From NCBI GenBank assembly GCA_001773575.1, contig MEXB01000008.1:2141-66140 (forward strand): DNA of 64,000 nt. Direction: 5' to 3'. Shown here in pieces: positions 37,471 through 48,231 of the stretch (the first letter of the stretch is position 1; each line of letters begins with the position of its first letter). The stretch is from Candidatus Adlerbacteria bacterium RIFOXYC1_FULL_48_26 (GTDB lineage: Bacteria > Patescibacteriota > Minisyncoccia > Phycocordibacterales > SBAW01). Under the pieces are notes generated by a model. The model was given only the letters and a program-made list of their open reading frames with translations. It made no database searches and was not told where the DNA came from. Both the position numbers and the translations under genes were made by a program.

Positions 37471-38616
37471 ACTGACGGTATGGAACCGCTCGCCTCAAAA
37501 ATTCGACCCCAAGCTCTAGACGGTTTCTTTGGCCAAGAGCATTTGGTGGGTAAGGGCAAACCCTTACGCGAAGCTATTGAAGGTAAGCACCTCTTCTCCT
37601 TTCTTTTGTGGGGTCCGCCAGGCAGTGGCAAAACAACACTCGCGCGCATCTACGCGAACGCGCTTGATGCAGAGTTCTTTGAACTCTCGGCGGTTGATTC
37701 AGGAAAAGAAGACATTAAACGCGTGCTTGAATCTGGCAAGATAAATTTTTCTGGGAAGCCAAAGGTTTTGTTTATAGATGAAATTCATCGCTTCAATAAA
37801 GCACAGCAGGATTTTCTTCTGCCCTTTGTTGAGCGTGGCGACATTACCTTTATAGGTGCAACAACAGAAAACCCGTCGTTTGAAGTTATACCTGCGCTCC
37901 TTTCTCGCTCTCGTGTCTTTGTATTGAATGAGCATGGAGAGGATGATATGGAGAAGATCATCAAGAGCACAAAACTCAAAGTTCCTAAAGATGCAAAAGA
38001 TTGGCTGGTACAACTTGCGGCAGGGGATGCTAGACAGGCCATAGGAGTGCTTGAGAATACACAGAAACTATACGGAAAGATTACCGTCGAAACTCTAAAA
38101 GAAACGGTTCAGTCAAAACATCTACGCTACGACAAAAAAGGCGAGGAGCATTACAACACCATCTCGGCGTTTATAAAATCTATGCGCGCAAGCCAGGGTG
38201 ACGCCGCGCTCTACTACTTGGCGCGTATGGTAGATGCAGGAGAAGATCCACTTTTTATTGCGCGACGCATGGTTATCTTTGCCAGCGAAGATATTGGGCT
38301 GGCACAACCAACAGCGCTTGTGGTAGCAAACGAAGTATTTCGTGCCTGCGAAACTATTGGGTACCCAGAATGTCAGATTAACTTGGCGCACGGTGTCGCA
38401 TATTTAGCAGAATCTAAAAAGAGCCGTAAGAGCTACGATGCTTATTTCGAAGCGCTTGCTGATGTAAAGAAACACGGCAACCTACCTGTTCCGCTCAAAA
38501 TACGAAACGCTCCAACCAAGCTGATGAAAGACTTGGACTACCACAAGGGGTACAAACTCTACGATAAAGAGAGCTACCTACCCGAAAAACTAAAAGGGAA
38601 GAAGTATTTAAAATAA
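37462..38616 (+). CDS. rarA: Replication-associated recombination protein A (MgsA/RarA AAA+ ATPase)
   Basis: [23 protein letters not shown], Walker [12 protein letters not shown], Walker [14 protein letters not shown], sensor TTENP. Confidence 0.85.
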   Translation: MYHTDGMEPLASKIRPQALDGFFGQEHLVGKGKPLREAIEGKHLFSFLLWGPPGSGKTTLARIYANALDAEFFELSAVDSGKEDIKRVLESGKINFSGKPKVLFIDEIHRFNKAQQDFLLPFVERGDITFIGATTENPSFEVIPALLSRSRVFVLNEHGEDDMEKIIKSTKLKVPKDAKDWLVQLAAGDARQAIGVLENTQKLYGKITVETLKETVQSKHLRYDKKGEEHYNTISAFIKSMRASQGDAALYYLARMVDAGEDPLFIARRMVIFASEDIGLAQPTALVVANEVFRACETIGYPECQINLAHGVAYLAESKKSRKSYDAYFEALADVKKHGNLPVPLKIRNAPTKLMKDLDYHKGYKLYDKESYLPEKLKGKKYLK

Positions 38617-38624
38617 AAAGAAAA

Positions 38625-38645
38625 GCCAGCACACAAGGTGCTGGC
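38625..38645 (+). terminator. Hairpin gccagcac/gtgctggc after rarA (A-tract upstream, no T-tract downstream)
   Basis: 8-bp stem read from the sequence. Weak as an intrinsic terminator on the + strand. Confidence 0.3.
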
Positions 38646-38850
38646 TGAAGGAAATCCGGTTGCTGGTAAGAGAATATTGATCGGTCGCAAAAACCTTTGA
38701 TTGGGCGGCCATATGAGAGCCATTGCCGAAGCTACACCATTCGCAGATTTTTTTGAGTAAAATCCTTCCTCTCTTCAAGATCCGATGGATCTTCTCTCAC
38801 CGAAGAAGAACCAGCTTCCAGAAAAACGATAATAAGATATTTGGTGTAAA

Positions 38851-39390
38851 ATGCAAGATGTGGATACTGAAACAATAGTGTTTGGCGGCGGATGCTTTTG
38901 GTGCACAGAGGCAGTCTTCAAAATGCTCAAAGGTGTTCAGTCTGTGGAGCCTGGCTATGCAGGTGGCAAAGTTGCTAACCCAACGTACGAACAAGTCTCT
39001 GGCGGCAACACTGGGCACATTGAAGTTATCAAAGTTGTATACAACCCAGACGAGATTGCATTTGAAGAATTACTCCGCGTATTCTTTTCGACACACGACG
39101 CGACGACGGTAGATAGGCAGGGGAATGACGTTGGTCCTCAGTACAACTCAGCTATTTTCTACACAACCCCACGCCAGCAGGAGAAAGGGCAGCACTACAT
39201 AGACGTCATCAATAAGGCGGGGCACGTCCAACCTATAGTTACTCAAGTGAGACCTCTTGAGGCTTTTTACCCAGCAGAGGATTATCATAAAAACTATTAC
39301 GAACGAAATAAATCGGCCGGGTACTGCCAGTTGGTTATTGAACCTAAGATTGATAAAGTAGAAAAGAAGTTTAAAGATTTATTGAAATGA
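38851..39390 (+). CDS. msrA: Peptide methionine sulfoxide reductase A
   Basis: Active-site GGCFWC near the N-terminus. 179 aa. Confidence 0.9.
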   Translation: MQDVDTETIVFGGGCFWCTEAVFKMLKGVQSVEPGYAGGKVANPTYEQVSGGNTGHIEVIKVVYNPDEIAFEELLRVFFSTHDATTVDRQGNDVGPQYNSAIFYTTPRQQEKGQHYIDVINKAGHVQPIVTQVRPLEAFYPAEDYHKNYYERNKSAGYCQLVIEPKIDKVEKKFKDLLK

Positions 39391-39950
39391 AACCCACAAA
39401 AACAAAATCTAGAATCTACCTAGCCATAGCCTCAGCCGTTGTCCTTCTCTGGGCAGGGTCTCTTGTGTTTGGATTGATATTCGCCTTCTCTTATAAGTCG
39501 GATTCTCTGAACTTCAAGTCAGAAGAGATTGGGTTAGAATTTTCATATCCAAAAATCTACACGCTCACTGAGCGCCACGACTCCTATGCGGGTGCAGAAA
39601 TCCATGTATTAACACTGATTAATGCGTCGACTACTGTCCCTGACATGAGCGAAGGGCCGACAGCAATTTCTATTATTGAAATTCCAGTCGTAGATGACAT
39701 TGATGTAGAACAGTGGCTCCGCAACGCAACGATCTCTAACTTCAATCTCTCTCCTGACAAAACCTTCACTCCAAAAATTATAGATAGGGAAGACGGTTTA
39801 GCGTATCGTTACAGCGGATTATATGAGTCAGACGCTGTCGCTGTAGAACATGATGGAAAGATATTCTTGTTTGCTGTGTCGTGGATGGATCAAAACGACC
39901 CAATGCGTCATGATTTCCAGGAGCTTCTGGACAGTGTAGAATTTAAATAA
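39387..39950 (+). CDS. Hypothetical N-terminally anchored extracytoplasmic protein
   Basis: Single TM then a soluble domain. Translationally coupled to msrA and to the VKOR-like gene. Confidence 0.4.
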   Translation: MKPTKTKSRIYLAIASAVVLLWAGSLVFGLIFAFSYKSDSLNFKSEEIGLEFSYPKIYTLTERHDSYAGAEIHVLTLINASTTVPDMSEGPTAISIIEIPVVDDIDVEQWLRNATISNFNLSPDKTFTPKIIDREDGLAYRYSGLYESDAVAVEHDGKIFLFAVSWMDQNDPMRHDFQELLDSVEFK

Positions 39951-40363
39951 TGAAACTCACACCGTATTGGCTTATAGCCGCATCGTTTATTGGTATTGGT
40001 GACACGCTCTACCTTGCGTACTACCACTTCCTTGGAATTGTCCCAACCTGCGCAATTGGTGGTTGTGAAATTGTGCTTAACAGTCAGTACGCTTCAGTGC
40101 TAGGAATACCGCTTTCATACCTGGGCCTTGTCTACTATGTGTATTTCCTCGCTCTTGCGATATTGCTGGCTATAGACCCAGAGTCAAAAGGCCTTCGTTT
40201 TGGAATGCTTGCCTATGCTGCGATAGGTGTACTTTTCTCAATCGGTTTTGAACTCCTCCAGTTCTTTGTGATCGGCGCACTCTGCCTGTACTGCGGTATC
40301 TCAGCTGCCACAGCACTTCTGTTGTTTGGCCTTGCCGTGTGGCACTGGAAGATAACAAAATAG
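39950..40363 (+). CDS. Vitamin K epoxide reductase (VKOR)-like membrane thiol oxidoreductase
   Basis: Four TM helices, a loop Cys pair (CAIGGC) and C-x-x-C (CLYC) in the last helix, the VKOR arrangement. Confidence 0.55.
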   Translation: MKLTPYWLIAASFIGIGDTLYLAYYHFLGIVPTCAIGGCEIVLNSQYASVLGIPLSYLGLVYYVYFLALAILLAIDPESKGLRFGMLAYAAIGVLFSIGFELLQFFVIGALCLYCGISAATALLLFGLAVWHWKITK

Positions 40364-41155
40364 TTAGTAGCCTCGGCGATATTTACGCCACAGTCTCCAT
40401 AGAGTGTAGAGAAACCCTATTGCAAGAATAGGGTAGAAGACCCCAACGTTTGTGACTATATAGAGAAGTATTGTTACTACATAGAGCGCAACGGTTGCGA
40501 GTATTCTCCACGCTGTTTGCATAAGAGAACCTTTCTCCTCCTCCGTAGCGCCTATGCTTGCAGCCGCTTTGGATGATGTTGCTACCTGTGACTTTGACCA
40601 GTTGAGTGCGGTGTTTAGTTTTTCAGCAACAAATGTACGGCCAGAATCAATTACCTCTAATACAGGAGATGAGTATTCAGCAATTGCTGGAGAGACACTC
40701 TGAATTGATTCTTGTATGGGGGTTGATGGTTGCACATCGCCTATTTGAGCGTTTGAAACTCCAAAAGGGTTTGCCGATGAAGCCGCTGTTGCTGATGGTG
40801 CCGCTGCGATGATAAATGCTTCTTTGTCTTCTTCTATTGATTTGCCATTTGCATCTTGTAAATCAGCAACAATAGTGTGCGAACCCGCTGTCGGTTTCCA
40901 CGAGACAGATGCAGTGTCAGCTCCTCCGGCTTTCAGTGATACTGGTACGCTACCAATTTCAGATGCACCATCTTTTATAACAAGTGTTCCGTTAAAGGTC
41001 GTGGTTGCAGGGTTAGAAACTGATGCGTAAATCGTTACGGTCTGACCTTCCACTGGCGCGGAGGTTGAAAGAAAAATACTCTGCTTCGCAAACCCTACAG
41101 CCGATACAGACAAGGGGAGAGCAAAGAGTATTGCAGCAAATAACATTCGCTTCAT
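40364..41155 (-). CDS. Hypothetical secreted protein with C-terminal TM anchor (start trimmed to the MKRML signal peptide)
   Basis: Signal peptide MKRMLFAAILFALPLSVSA, Ser/Thr/Ala-rich body, C-terminal TM + basic tail. Confidence 0.4.
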   Translation of the reverse strand: MKRMLFAAILFALPLSVSAVGFAKQSIFLSTSAPVEGQTVTIYASVSNPATTTFNGTLVIKDGASEIGSVPVSLKAGGADTASVSWKPTAGSHTIVADLQDANGKSIEEDKEAFIIAAAPSATAASSANPFGVSNAQIGDVQPSTPIQESIQSVSPAIAEYSSPVLEVIDSGRTFVAEKLNTALNWSKSQVATSSKAAASIGATEEEKGSLMQTAWRILATVALYVVTILLYIVTNVGVFYPILAIGFLYTLWRLWRKYRRGY

Positions 41156-41199
41156 TGGTAAAAGTATAGCAAGGAAAAACCATGTGTTAAAATTTATGC

Positions 41200-41646
41200 A
41201 TGTCTGTTCATACGCATCTCCACCGACATTTTTTGCCGTCGCATCATAACGCCTATCGTCCACATATTTTGCGCAAAGGATGGCTACTCTTTTTTGTCGC
41301 GGTGATTATGGCAAGCGAGGGCCTGTTTGTATCAGGGCTGTATGTCCAGCAAGCAGCTCCTTCTGTGGCTGTAATTCAAGATTCACAGACTGCCTCAGTT
41401 GGTAGCGCGGCTTCGTCATTCTTAAACAGTTTTGGTAAAGACCTCGCTCGTATTGCCGTAGAGTCTGAGCCCTATATCCCATGGATTCTTGGAATGCTTG
41501 GGGCTATGCTAGTTATCGCGGTCATGTTTGCGTTCTTCGTCCATATACAGATACAGCAGTCCGAGATGTTGTTTAGCGGGGCGCTGGTTGCCATGTTTGC
41601 CTTTTCTTTGATGATTACTAACATTCATATTTTGGGTATACTGTAA
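41200..41646 (+). CDS. Hypothetical membrane protein
   Basis: Three predicted TM helices. No recognisable domain. Confidence 0.35.
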   Translation: MSVHTHLHRHFLPSHHNAYRPHILRKGWLLFFVAVIMASEGLFVSGLYVQQAAPSVAVIQDSQTASVGSAASSFLNSFGKDLARIAVESEPYIPWILGMLGAMLVIAVMFAFFVHIQIQQSEMLFSGALVAMFAFSLMITNIHILGIL

Positions 41647-41650
41647 GCAT

Positions 41651-42139
41651 ATGACTCGTAAACAATTAACGACTGGCATAGCGGTCACTACCTCGCTTGT
41701 CGTCGTCGCATTTTTCTTCGCATTACTTAATCCTTTAATGCTTGCGCGACAAGAAGCGCAGCAAACAGCAACAGCATCTATGTCAGATCAAAAACTCGTA
41801 GCCCAAGATGAAATGGTAGGTACTGGCGATGTCGCACAGGCCGGAGATTTCGTTAGTGTCCACTACACCGGCAAACTAGAAAACGGCGTAGTATTCGATT
41901 CTTCCACTGGAAGAGATCCTATCCAGTTCACTCTCGGTACAGGACGAGTTATCCAAGGATGGGACCAGGGTATCCAGGGTATGAAGGTTGGTGGTAAGCG
42001 TTTGCTTATCATCCCACCAATGCTTGCGTACGGTATGCAAGACTACGGCCCAATTCCAGGTGGCTCAACGCTTATCTTCGAAGTAACTCTTGTTGGGGTA
42101 CAGCAAACGCCTCCAACTGACGATTCGAGCGCGCAATAA
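41651..42139 (+). CDS. FKBP-type peptidyl-prolyl cis-trans isomerase with N-terminal membrane anchor
   Basis: GDFVSVHYTGKLENG.VFDSS..R..P..F.LG.G.VI.GWD.G..GMKVGG.R.L.IP. Canonical FKBP domain. Confidence 0.8.
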   Translation: MTRKQLTTGIAVTTSLVVVAFFFALLNPLMLARQEAQQTATASMSDQKLVAQDEMVGTGDVAQAGDFVSVHYTGKLENGVVFDSSTGRDPIQFTLGTGRVIQGWDQGIQGMKVGGKRLLIIPPMLAYGMQDYGPIPGGSTLIFEVTLVGVQQTPPTDDSSAQ

Positions 42140-43353
42140 TGCGACCGGTACACCTCACTATTGAAGCGAAGCACTCGTCCGCAAGGGCGGGTGTTTTGCA
42201 TACACCCCATGGTGATATTTTGACGCCTGCCTTTGTCCCGGTTGCTACCAAGGCAGACATAAAGGGAATAGAGTCAGCAAAATTCCCCGCACTCGGCGTT
42301 CAAACACTTATTGCAAATACGTACCATCTGTATCTTTCAGGACTAGAAGCGGTAGAGAAAGGTGGCGGCGTTGCCAAGTTTATGAATTGGAATGGTCCCA
42401 CGATGACGGACTCTGGCGGCTTCCAAGTCTTCTCATTAGGTAGCGGGTTCGGCAAAAAAGTTTCAAAATTTTCTGGCGAAGTTTCCCCTGAAGAAGCAGT
42501 TAGTGTTTTTGATGAGGATTTAGCGACTGCTCACGGTAAATTAGCCATCATAGATGACGAAGGGGTTTCGTTTACGTCGCACCTCGACGGCTCGCTCCAT
42601 CGTTTTACTCCAGAGCGCTCAGTGGAAATTCAACACCGCCTTGGTGCAGATATTTTCTTTGCGTTTGACCAGTGCACTGCGCCAACAGACACGTACGAAT
42701 TTCAAAAAGATGCGATGGAGAGAACTCACGCATGGGCAAAGCGTTCTTTGAGTGCACACCGACAAAACTTTGATGCCAACACAAAGCAGGGTATTTACGG
42801 TATAGGGCAGGGCGGGCAATTTGATGACCTTCGCCGCGAAAGCGCACGCACTATTGGCGACATGGGCTTTGATGGCTTCGGCCTTGGTGGTTCATTCAGT
42901 CGCAAATACGGCGACCATTCTCTGCAGTCCGCACTTGCGATGCTTACAGAGCTGCCAGAGGGTATGCCAGTGCATGGTTTGGGAGTAGGAGAGCCTGAAG
43001 ATATTTTGCTTGGCGCTGAACACGGCGTTGATACGTTTGACTGCGTTACTCCAACTCGTAATGGCCGTAATGGTGGTTTGTATACAAAGAAAGGAAAGAT
43101 TCAAATTCCGAATGCTGAGCATCAATATGATTACTCTCCAATAGATGAGGGTTGTGAATGCCCAACGTGCCAAAACCATACTCGTGCATATGTGCACCAT
43201 CTCTTCCGCACTCGTGAAATTCTTGGACCCATTCTCGCTAGCATGCACAATGTCTATTTCCTCACGAAACTTTGTAGTGATATCCGTGAATCAATTTTGA
43301 ACGGTCAATTTGAGCAATTTAAGGAGGGCTTTTTAAATAAGTATCAAGGTTAA
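42139..43353 (+). CDS. tgt: Queuine tRNA-ribosyltransferase (tRNA-guanine transglycosylase)
   Basis: TPAF.PV.T, DSGGFQ, catalytic Asp region, C-terminal zinc site CECPTC..H.RAY..HL. Confidence 0.9.
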   Translation: MRPVHLTIEAKHSSARAGVLHTPHGDILTPAFVPVATKADIKGIESAKFPALGVQTLIANTYHLYLSGLEAVEKGGGVAKFMNWNGPTMTDSGGFQVFSLGSGFGKKVSKFSGEVSPEEAVSVFDEDLATAHGKLAIIDDEGVSFTSHLDGSLHRFTPERSVEIQHRLGADIFFAFDQCTAPTDTYEFQKDAMERTHAWAKRSLSAHRQNFDANTKQGIYGIGQGGQFDDLRRESARTIGDMGFDGFGLGGSFSRKYGDHSLQSALAMLTELPEGMPVHGLGVGEPEDILLGAEHGVDTFDCVTPTRNGRNGGLYTKKGKIQIPNAEHQYDYSPIDEGCECPTCQNHTRAYVHHLFRTREILGPILASMHNVYFLTKLCSDIRESILNGQFEQFKEGFLNKYQG

Positions 43354-43364
43354 ACCTTGCTGCT

Positions 43365-43391
43365 AGTCTAAAGGCGTCGCCTTTAGACTTT
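43365..43391 (+). terminator. Hairpin agtctaaaggc/gcctttagact after tgt
   Basis: 11-bp stem; only a short T run follows. Confidence 0.4.
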
Positions 43392-43435
43392 AGGTACCGG
43401 AATAAGAATAATTATGCTATACTGTCAAGTCCGTT

Positions 43436-45475
43436 ATGGCGAAGTTTTCCCTCAAATCTGAATATAAACCAGCCGGGGACCAACCTAAGGCTATTGAAGC
43501 GTTGGTCAAAGGCATTAAGGCTGGCACTCGCGACCAGACGCTTTTGGGCGTAACTGGATCAGGCAAGACATTTACTGCTGCCAATGTCATCCAACAGATT
43601 GGTAAACCAACGCTTGTTATCGCACACAATAAAACGCTTGCGGCACAGCTGGCACAAGAGTATCGAGAATTCTTTCCAGACAATGCCGTGCACTACTTTG
43701 TTTCCTACTACGACTACTACCAACCAGAAGCCTACGTTCCGCACTCTGATACATATATAGAGAAGGAAGCGCAGATTAACGAAGAGATTGACCGTCTCCG
43801 CCATGCGTCTACTCAGGCACTGCTTACGCGCGATGATGTGATTATTGTTGCGTCAGTTTCGTGTATTTACTCACTTGGTTCTCCAGAAGAGTATCGCAAG
43901 GTTCACTTGGAGCTTGCGCCGGGAATGCAAAAGAACCGTGCAGAACTTATTCGTGAACTTATTGCAATTTACTTTGAACGCACAACAGCAGATCTAAGCC
44001 CTGGTAAATTCCGCGCACTTGGAAACAGTGTTGAGATTATGCCAACGGGCGAGCGCGTACTCTACCGTGTTGAATTTGAAGGAGAAACTATCGTAAAAGT
44101 ACGTGTGATTGATGCAATTAGCCGTGCAGAGCGCGAATCTCTCGAATCACTCTTCCTCTTTCCTGCAAAACACTATGTTACTCCAAAGGATGAACGTGAC
44201 CGCGCCATTGCAGAAATTAAACTTGAACTTAAAGAGCGTCTCGCAGTACTCGAGCGCTCAGGCAAAGTACTTGAAGCGGAGCGTTTGAAGCGCCGCACCA
44301 ACCACGACATCGCACTTATCCGCGAGATTGGTGTATGCCCAGGTATTGAAAACTACTCACGTCACTTCGATGGCCGCAAACCTGGCGAGCCGCCATTTAC
44401 CTTGCTCGACTACTTCCCACATAAAAAAGACGGCACCCCAGATTTTCTTACTATTATTGATGAAAGCCACGTTACTGTCTCACAAATTGGCGGTATGTAC
44501 GCCGGAGACCGTGCCCGCAAAGAAAATCTTATTGAATTTGGTTTCCGTCTTCCGTCGGCAGTCGACAACCGCCCGCTTCAGTTCGAAGAATTTGAAGGGG
44601 ATATCGGCCAGCGAATTTATACATCAGCAACGCCGGGAGTATACGAGAAAGAAAAATCTGGAAAGAATGTAGTTGAGCAGATTATCCGCCCAACTGGCCT
44701 TATCGACCCTGAAATTATCGTCAGACCTGTCACTGGCATCGATAAAAAGAAAGGACAGGTGCAGGATTTCTTGGACGAAGCAGAAAAAGTTATTACACAT
44801 GGTGGTCGTGTGCTCGTTACAACGCTTACCAAGAAAATGGCTGAAGATCTTTCTGAGTATTTGAAAGACAGACAATTCAAAGCGGCCTACATCCACAGTG
44901 AAGTGCTGACGCTGGACCGCATTACTATTTTGACCGACTTCAGAAAAGGTCTGTATGACGTATTGGTGGGTGTGAACCTTCTCCGCGAAGGTCTCGACCT
45001 TCCAGAAGTAGAGCTGGTGGCAATCCTCGATGCCGACAAAGAAGGCTTCCTTCGTTCTGAAACCTCTCTTATTCAAACCATTGGCCGCGCAGCACGTAAC
45101 GTACATGGCCGCGTGATTATGTATGCCGACCAGATGACAGGCTCTCTCGAGAAAGCTATGAGCGAAACAAAACGCCGCCGCGAAATTCAGCTCGCATACA
45201 ATACAAAACACGGTATCACTCCCAAGACGGTGCTCAAGGCAATTAAAGACATCACTGAACAGCTTCGTACAGAGCATGGTAAGGCGGTAGGCGTTCTTCT
45301 CGACATCGACAGAGACTTGTACAAAAAGAATCCACGTCGCTTTATTGCAGATAAAAAGAAACAGATGGCAGATGCAGTGAAAGAGCTCGACTTCGAAACT
45401 GCAGCTATCATTCGTGATGAAATTGCGGTATTGATGGGGAAACAGCCGAAAGCAAAGTTGTCGAATAAAAAATAG
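43436..45475 (+). CDS. uvrB: Excinuclease ABC subunit B
   Basis: GDQP.AI..L, Walker A GVTGSGKT, YFVSYYDYYQPEAY beta-hairpin region, helicase motifs and C-terminal UVR domain. Confidence 0.95.
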   Translation: MAKFSLKSEYKPAGDQPKAIEALVKGIKAGTRDQTLLGVTGSGKTFTAANVIQQIGKPTLVIAHNKTLAAQLAQEYREFFPDNAVHYFVSYYDYYQPEAYVPHSDTYIEKEAQINEEIDRLRHASTQALLTRDDVIIVASVSCIYSLGSPEEYRKVHLELAPGMQKNRAELIRELIAIYFERTTADLSPGKFRALGNSVEIMPTGERVLYRVEFEGETIVKVRVIDAISRAERESLESLFLFPAKHYVTPKDERDRAIAEIKLELKERLAVLERSGKVLEAERLKRRTNHDIALIREIGVCPGIENYSRHFDGRKPGEPPFTLLDYFPHKKDGTPDFLTIIDESHVTVSQIGGMYAGDRARKENLIEFGFRLPSAVDNRPLQFEEFEGDIGQRIYTSATPGVYEKEKSGKNVVEQIIRPTGLIDPEIIVRPVTGIDKKKGQVQDFLDEAEKVITHGGRVLVTTLTKKMAEDLSEYLKDRQFKAAYIHSEVLTLDRITILTDFRKGLYDVLVGVNLLREGLDLPEVELVAILDADKEGFLRSETSLIQTIGRAARNVHGRVIMYADQMTGSLEKAMSETKRRREIQLAYNTKHGITPKTVLKAIKDITEQLRTEHGKAVGVLLDIDRDLYKKNPRRFIADKKKQMADAVKELDFETAAIIRDEIAVLMGKQPKAKLSNKK

Positions 45476-45477
45476 AT

Positions 45478-48147
45478 ATGGAAGATAAAATCACAATAAA
45501 GGGCGCAAAGACACACAACTTGAAGAATGTTTCGTTGAGTATTCCGCGAAACAAGATGGTTGTATTTACGGGCTTGTCTGGGTCGGGCAAGTCGTCTTTG
45601 GCATTCGATACAATCTTTGCTGAAGGCCAGCGCCGTTATATAGAATCTCTTTCTGCCTATGCGCGCCAATTCTTGCGACAGATGCAGAAGCCCGATGTTG
45701 AAGAAATCACAGGCCTCTCGCCAGCTATTTCTATTGACCAGAAGAGCCGCTCAAACAACCCACGCTCAACGGTTGCGACTATTACTGAAATTTATGACTA
45801 CCAGCGTATTTTGTTTGCCCGTGTCGGCAAACCACACTGCCTTACCTGCGGACGTGAAATCAAAAAACTTTCTAACGAAGAAATCATCCACAGCATTGTA
45901 GATAGTGTTACCAAAGCTACACCAAAGAAGACTCGCACCGTCATGGGTGTGAATATTAATGAAGATGTGGTTCGTATCTATGCGCCAGTAGTTGTCGGCC
46001 GAAAGGGCGAGTACTACCAGCTTCTGTACGATCTACTTGGTAAGGGCTACGAACGAGTCCTTGTTGATGGCGAGCTTAAGAGCCTTCGTGAACAAATCCT
46101 TCTCGCAAAACACAAAAAGCACGATATTTCTGTGCTTGTTGATGAAATTCTCGTTTCTGAATTTGCTCGCTCAAAAGCAGCGGCTCTTGAACGTCTTTCT
46201 GAAGCAGTAGAGCGCGCTCTTGAAGAGACCGATGGGTTGGTCCAAGTAGAAGAACCAGGACCTTCTAAAGAAGAGGGAACAAAGATGCGTATGATCTCGG
46301 CAAAATTTATGTGCCCATACGACGGCTTCTCTTTCCCAGAAATTGAACCTCGTCTTTTCTCTTTCAACTCACCATACGGTGCATGTCCTGCATGTAATGG
46401 TTTGGGAACAAAGCATTTCTTTAGCGATGAGAAGTGCCCTGTCTGCCACGGTATGCGTCTGCGCCCTGAGGCACTCAATGTATTTCTTTACAAAAACTCC
46501 GTTTCTTCACCTGCAGGTCGGAGAGGGGACGGTTCAGAAACGGAAGTTTTCGTTCCGAAAGATGCAAAAAACATCGTTCAGCTCACTGATATGTCTATTC
46601 AGGATGCGTACACCTTCTTTGAAGAACTAGAGCTGTCGAAAAAAGATCAGGAAATCTCCAAAACCATCATTAAAGAAATCACAGCGCGCCTAAAGTTTAT
46701 GTTGAACGTAGGCTTGGACTACCTAACGCTCGACCGCCGTGCCAACACACTCTCTGGCGGGGAAGCACAGCGTATTCGCCTCGCCTCACAGCTTGGTTCT
46801 GGCCTTGTGGGTGCGCTCTATGTGCTCGACGAGCCGACCATCGGTCTGCACCAGCGCGACAACGAACGTTTGATCAAAACTCTTGTTGACCTTCGTGACC
46901 TTGGAAACACCATCATTGTTGTTGAACACGACGAGGATACTATTTATGCCAGCGACTACTTGGTAGACATTGGCCCTGGTGCGGGTGTGCACGGCGGCAA
47001 TGTCGTTGTTGCGGGTGACTTGGAAAAACTTCTTACTGCGAAGAAAAACGAAAGCGGTTCACTGACTCTCGCATACCTGCGTGGAGAAAAGGCAATTGAA
47101 GTTCCAGAAGAACGTCGCGAAAAAGATAAGGGTTGGATCAAAATAAAGGGAGGTAAGGCATTTAACATCCACAACCTTTCTGCAGAACTTCCGCTTGGAA
47201 AACTCGTAACGGTTACAGGAGTTTCTGGCTCAGGTAAATCAACATTTCTCTACGAAATTTTGTACGAAAACCTTCGTGCACGTTTCGACAAGCGCTATCG
47301 CACAAACAAACTCTTCAATGTCGCAAGCTTTGAAGGTGCAGAGAATCTTTCTCGTGCAATTATGATCGACCAATCACCGATTGGCCGTACTCCACGTTCA
47401 AACCCTTCAACATACACAGGCGCATTCACATTTATTCGCGATATGTTTGCTTCAACCACTGAAGCTCGTGCTCGTGGATGGAAGGCAAACCGCTTCTCCT
47501 TTAACGTACAAACTGCAAAGGGAGGTGGACGCTGTGAGGCCTGCGAAGGTAACGGCACTATCGCCGTTGAAATGTCTTTCTTGCCGACGGTGTATGTAAC
47601 CTGCGATGTCTGCGATGGTAAGCGCTTTATGAAAGAGACGCTTGAGGTGAAATACAAAAAGAAGAGCATCTACGATGTGCTTGAAATGACAGTTGAAGAG
47701 GCGCTCGAATTCTTCAACGACATTCCTGCAATCTATGACCGCCTTAAAACTCTTGGCGAAGTAGGTTTGGGATATCTCCGCCTTGGACAATCAGCAACAA
47801 CACTTTCCGGTGGTGAAGCGCAGCGTGTAAAAATCTCTGCAGAACTGTATCGCCCTCACTTGCAGAAAACTATCTATCTTCTCGATGAACCGACAGTTGG
47901 TCTCCACTACGAAGACGTGCAAAAACTTATTGATATCTTGAACCGCCTTGTTCAAGCAGGGAACTCGGTTGTTCTTATTGAACACAATATGGATATCATC
48001 AAAAGCTCTGACTACTTGTTGGACTTTGGTCCTGAAGGTGGTGTTGGTGGCGGCAAACTTATTGCAAAGGGCACGCCAGAAGATGTGGCAAACAATAAAA
48101 ATTCTCACACAGGTAAATACCTTAAGAGGGTGTTGAAGGGCCGCTAG
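45478..48147 (+). CDS. uvrA: Excinuclease ABC subunit A
   Basis: Two ABC ATPase modules (GLSGSGKSSLAFDT; GVSGSGKSTF), zinc fingers, signature LSGGEAQR twice. Confidence 0.95.
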   Translation: MEDKITIKGAKTHNLKNVSLSIPRNKMVVFTGLSGSGKSSLAFDTIFAEGQRRYIESLSAYARQFLRQMQKPDVEEITGLSPAISIDQKSRSNNPRSTVATITEIYDYQRILFARVGKPHCLTCGREIKKLSNEEIIHSIVDSVTKATPKKTRTVMGVNINEDVVRIYAPVVVGRKGEYYQLLYDLLGKGYERVLVDGELKSLREQILLAKHKKHDISVLVDEILVSEFARSKAAALERLSEAVERALEETDGLVQVEEPGPSKEEGTKMRMISAKFMCPYDGFSFPEIEPRLFSFNSPYGACPACNGLGTKHFFSDEKCPVCHGMRLRPEALNVFLYKNSVSSPAGRRGDGSETEVFVPKDAKNIVQLTDMSIQDAYTFFEELELSKKDQEISKTIIKEITARLKFMLNVGLDYLTLDRRANTLSGGEAQRIRLASQLGSGLVGALYVLDEPTIGLHQRDNERLIKTLVDLRDLGNTIIVVEHDEDTIYASDYLVDIGPGAGVHGGNVVVAGDLEKLLTAKKNESGSLTLAYLRGEKAIEVPEERREKDKGWIKIKGGKAFNIHNLSAELPLGKLVTVTGVSGSGKSTFLYEILYENLRARFDKRYRTNKLFNVASFEGAENLSRAIMIDQSPIGRTPRSNPSTYTGAFTFIRDMFASTTEARARGWKANRFSFNVQTAKGGGRCEACEGNGTIAVEMSFLPTVYVTCDVCDGKRFMKETLEVKYKKKSIYDVLEMTVEEALEFFNDIPAIYDRLKTLGEVGLGYLRLGQSATTLSGGEAQRVKISAELYRPHLQKTIYLLDEPTVGLHYEDVQKLIDILNRLVQAGNSVVLIEHNMDIIKSSDYLLDFGPEGGVGGGKLIAKGTPEDVANNKNSHTGKYLKRVLKGR

Positions 48148-48231
48148 GCCGGTTTGGAACGCATGGTATGCTTAGGCTTTAGAGCCTCTAGTACAGTGCT
48201 CAGCCCCATTTAAAACCCCTAGGAGGGTGTC

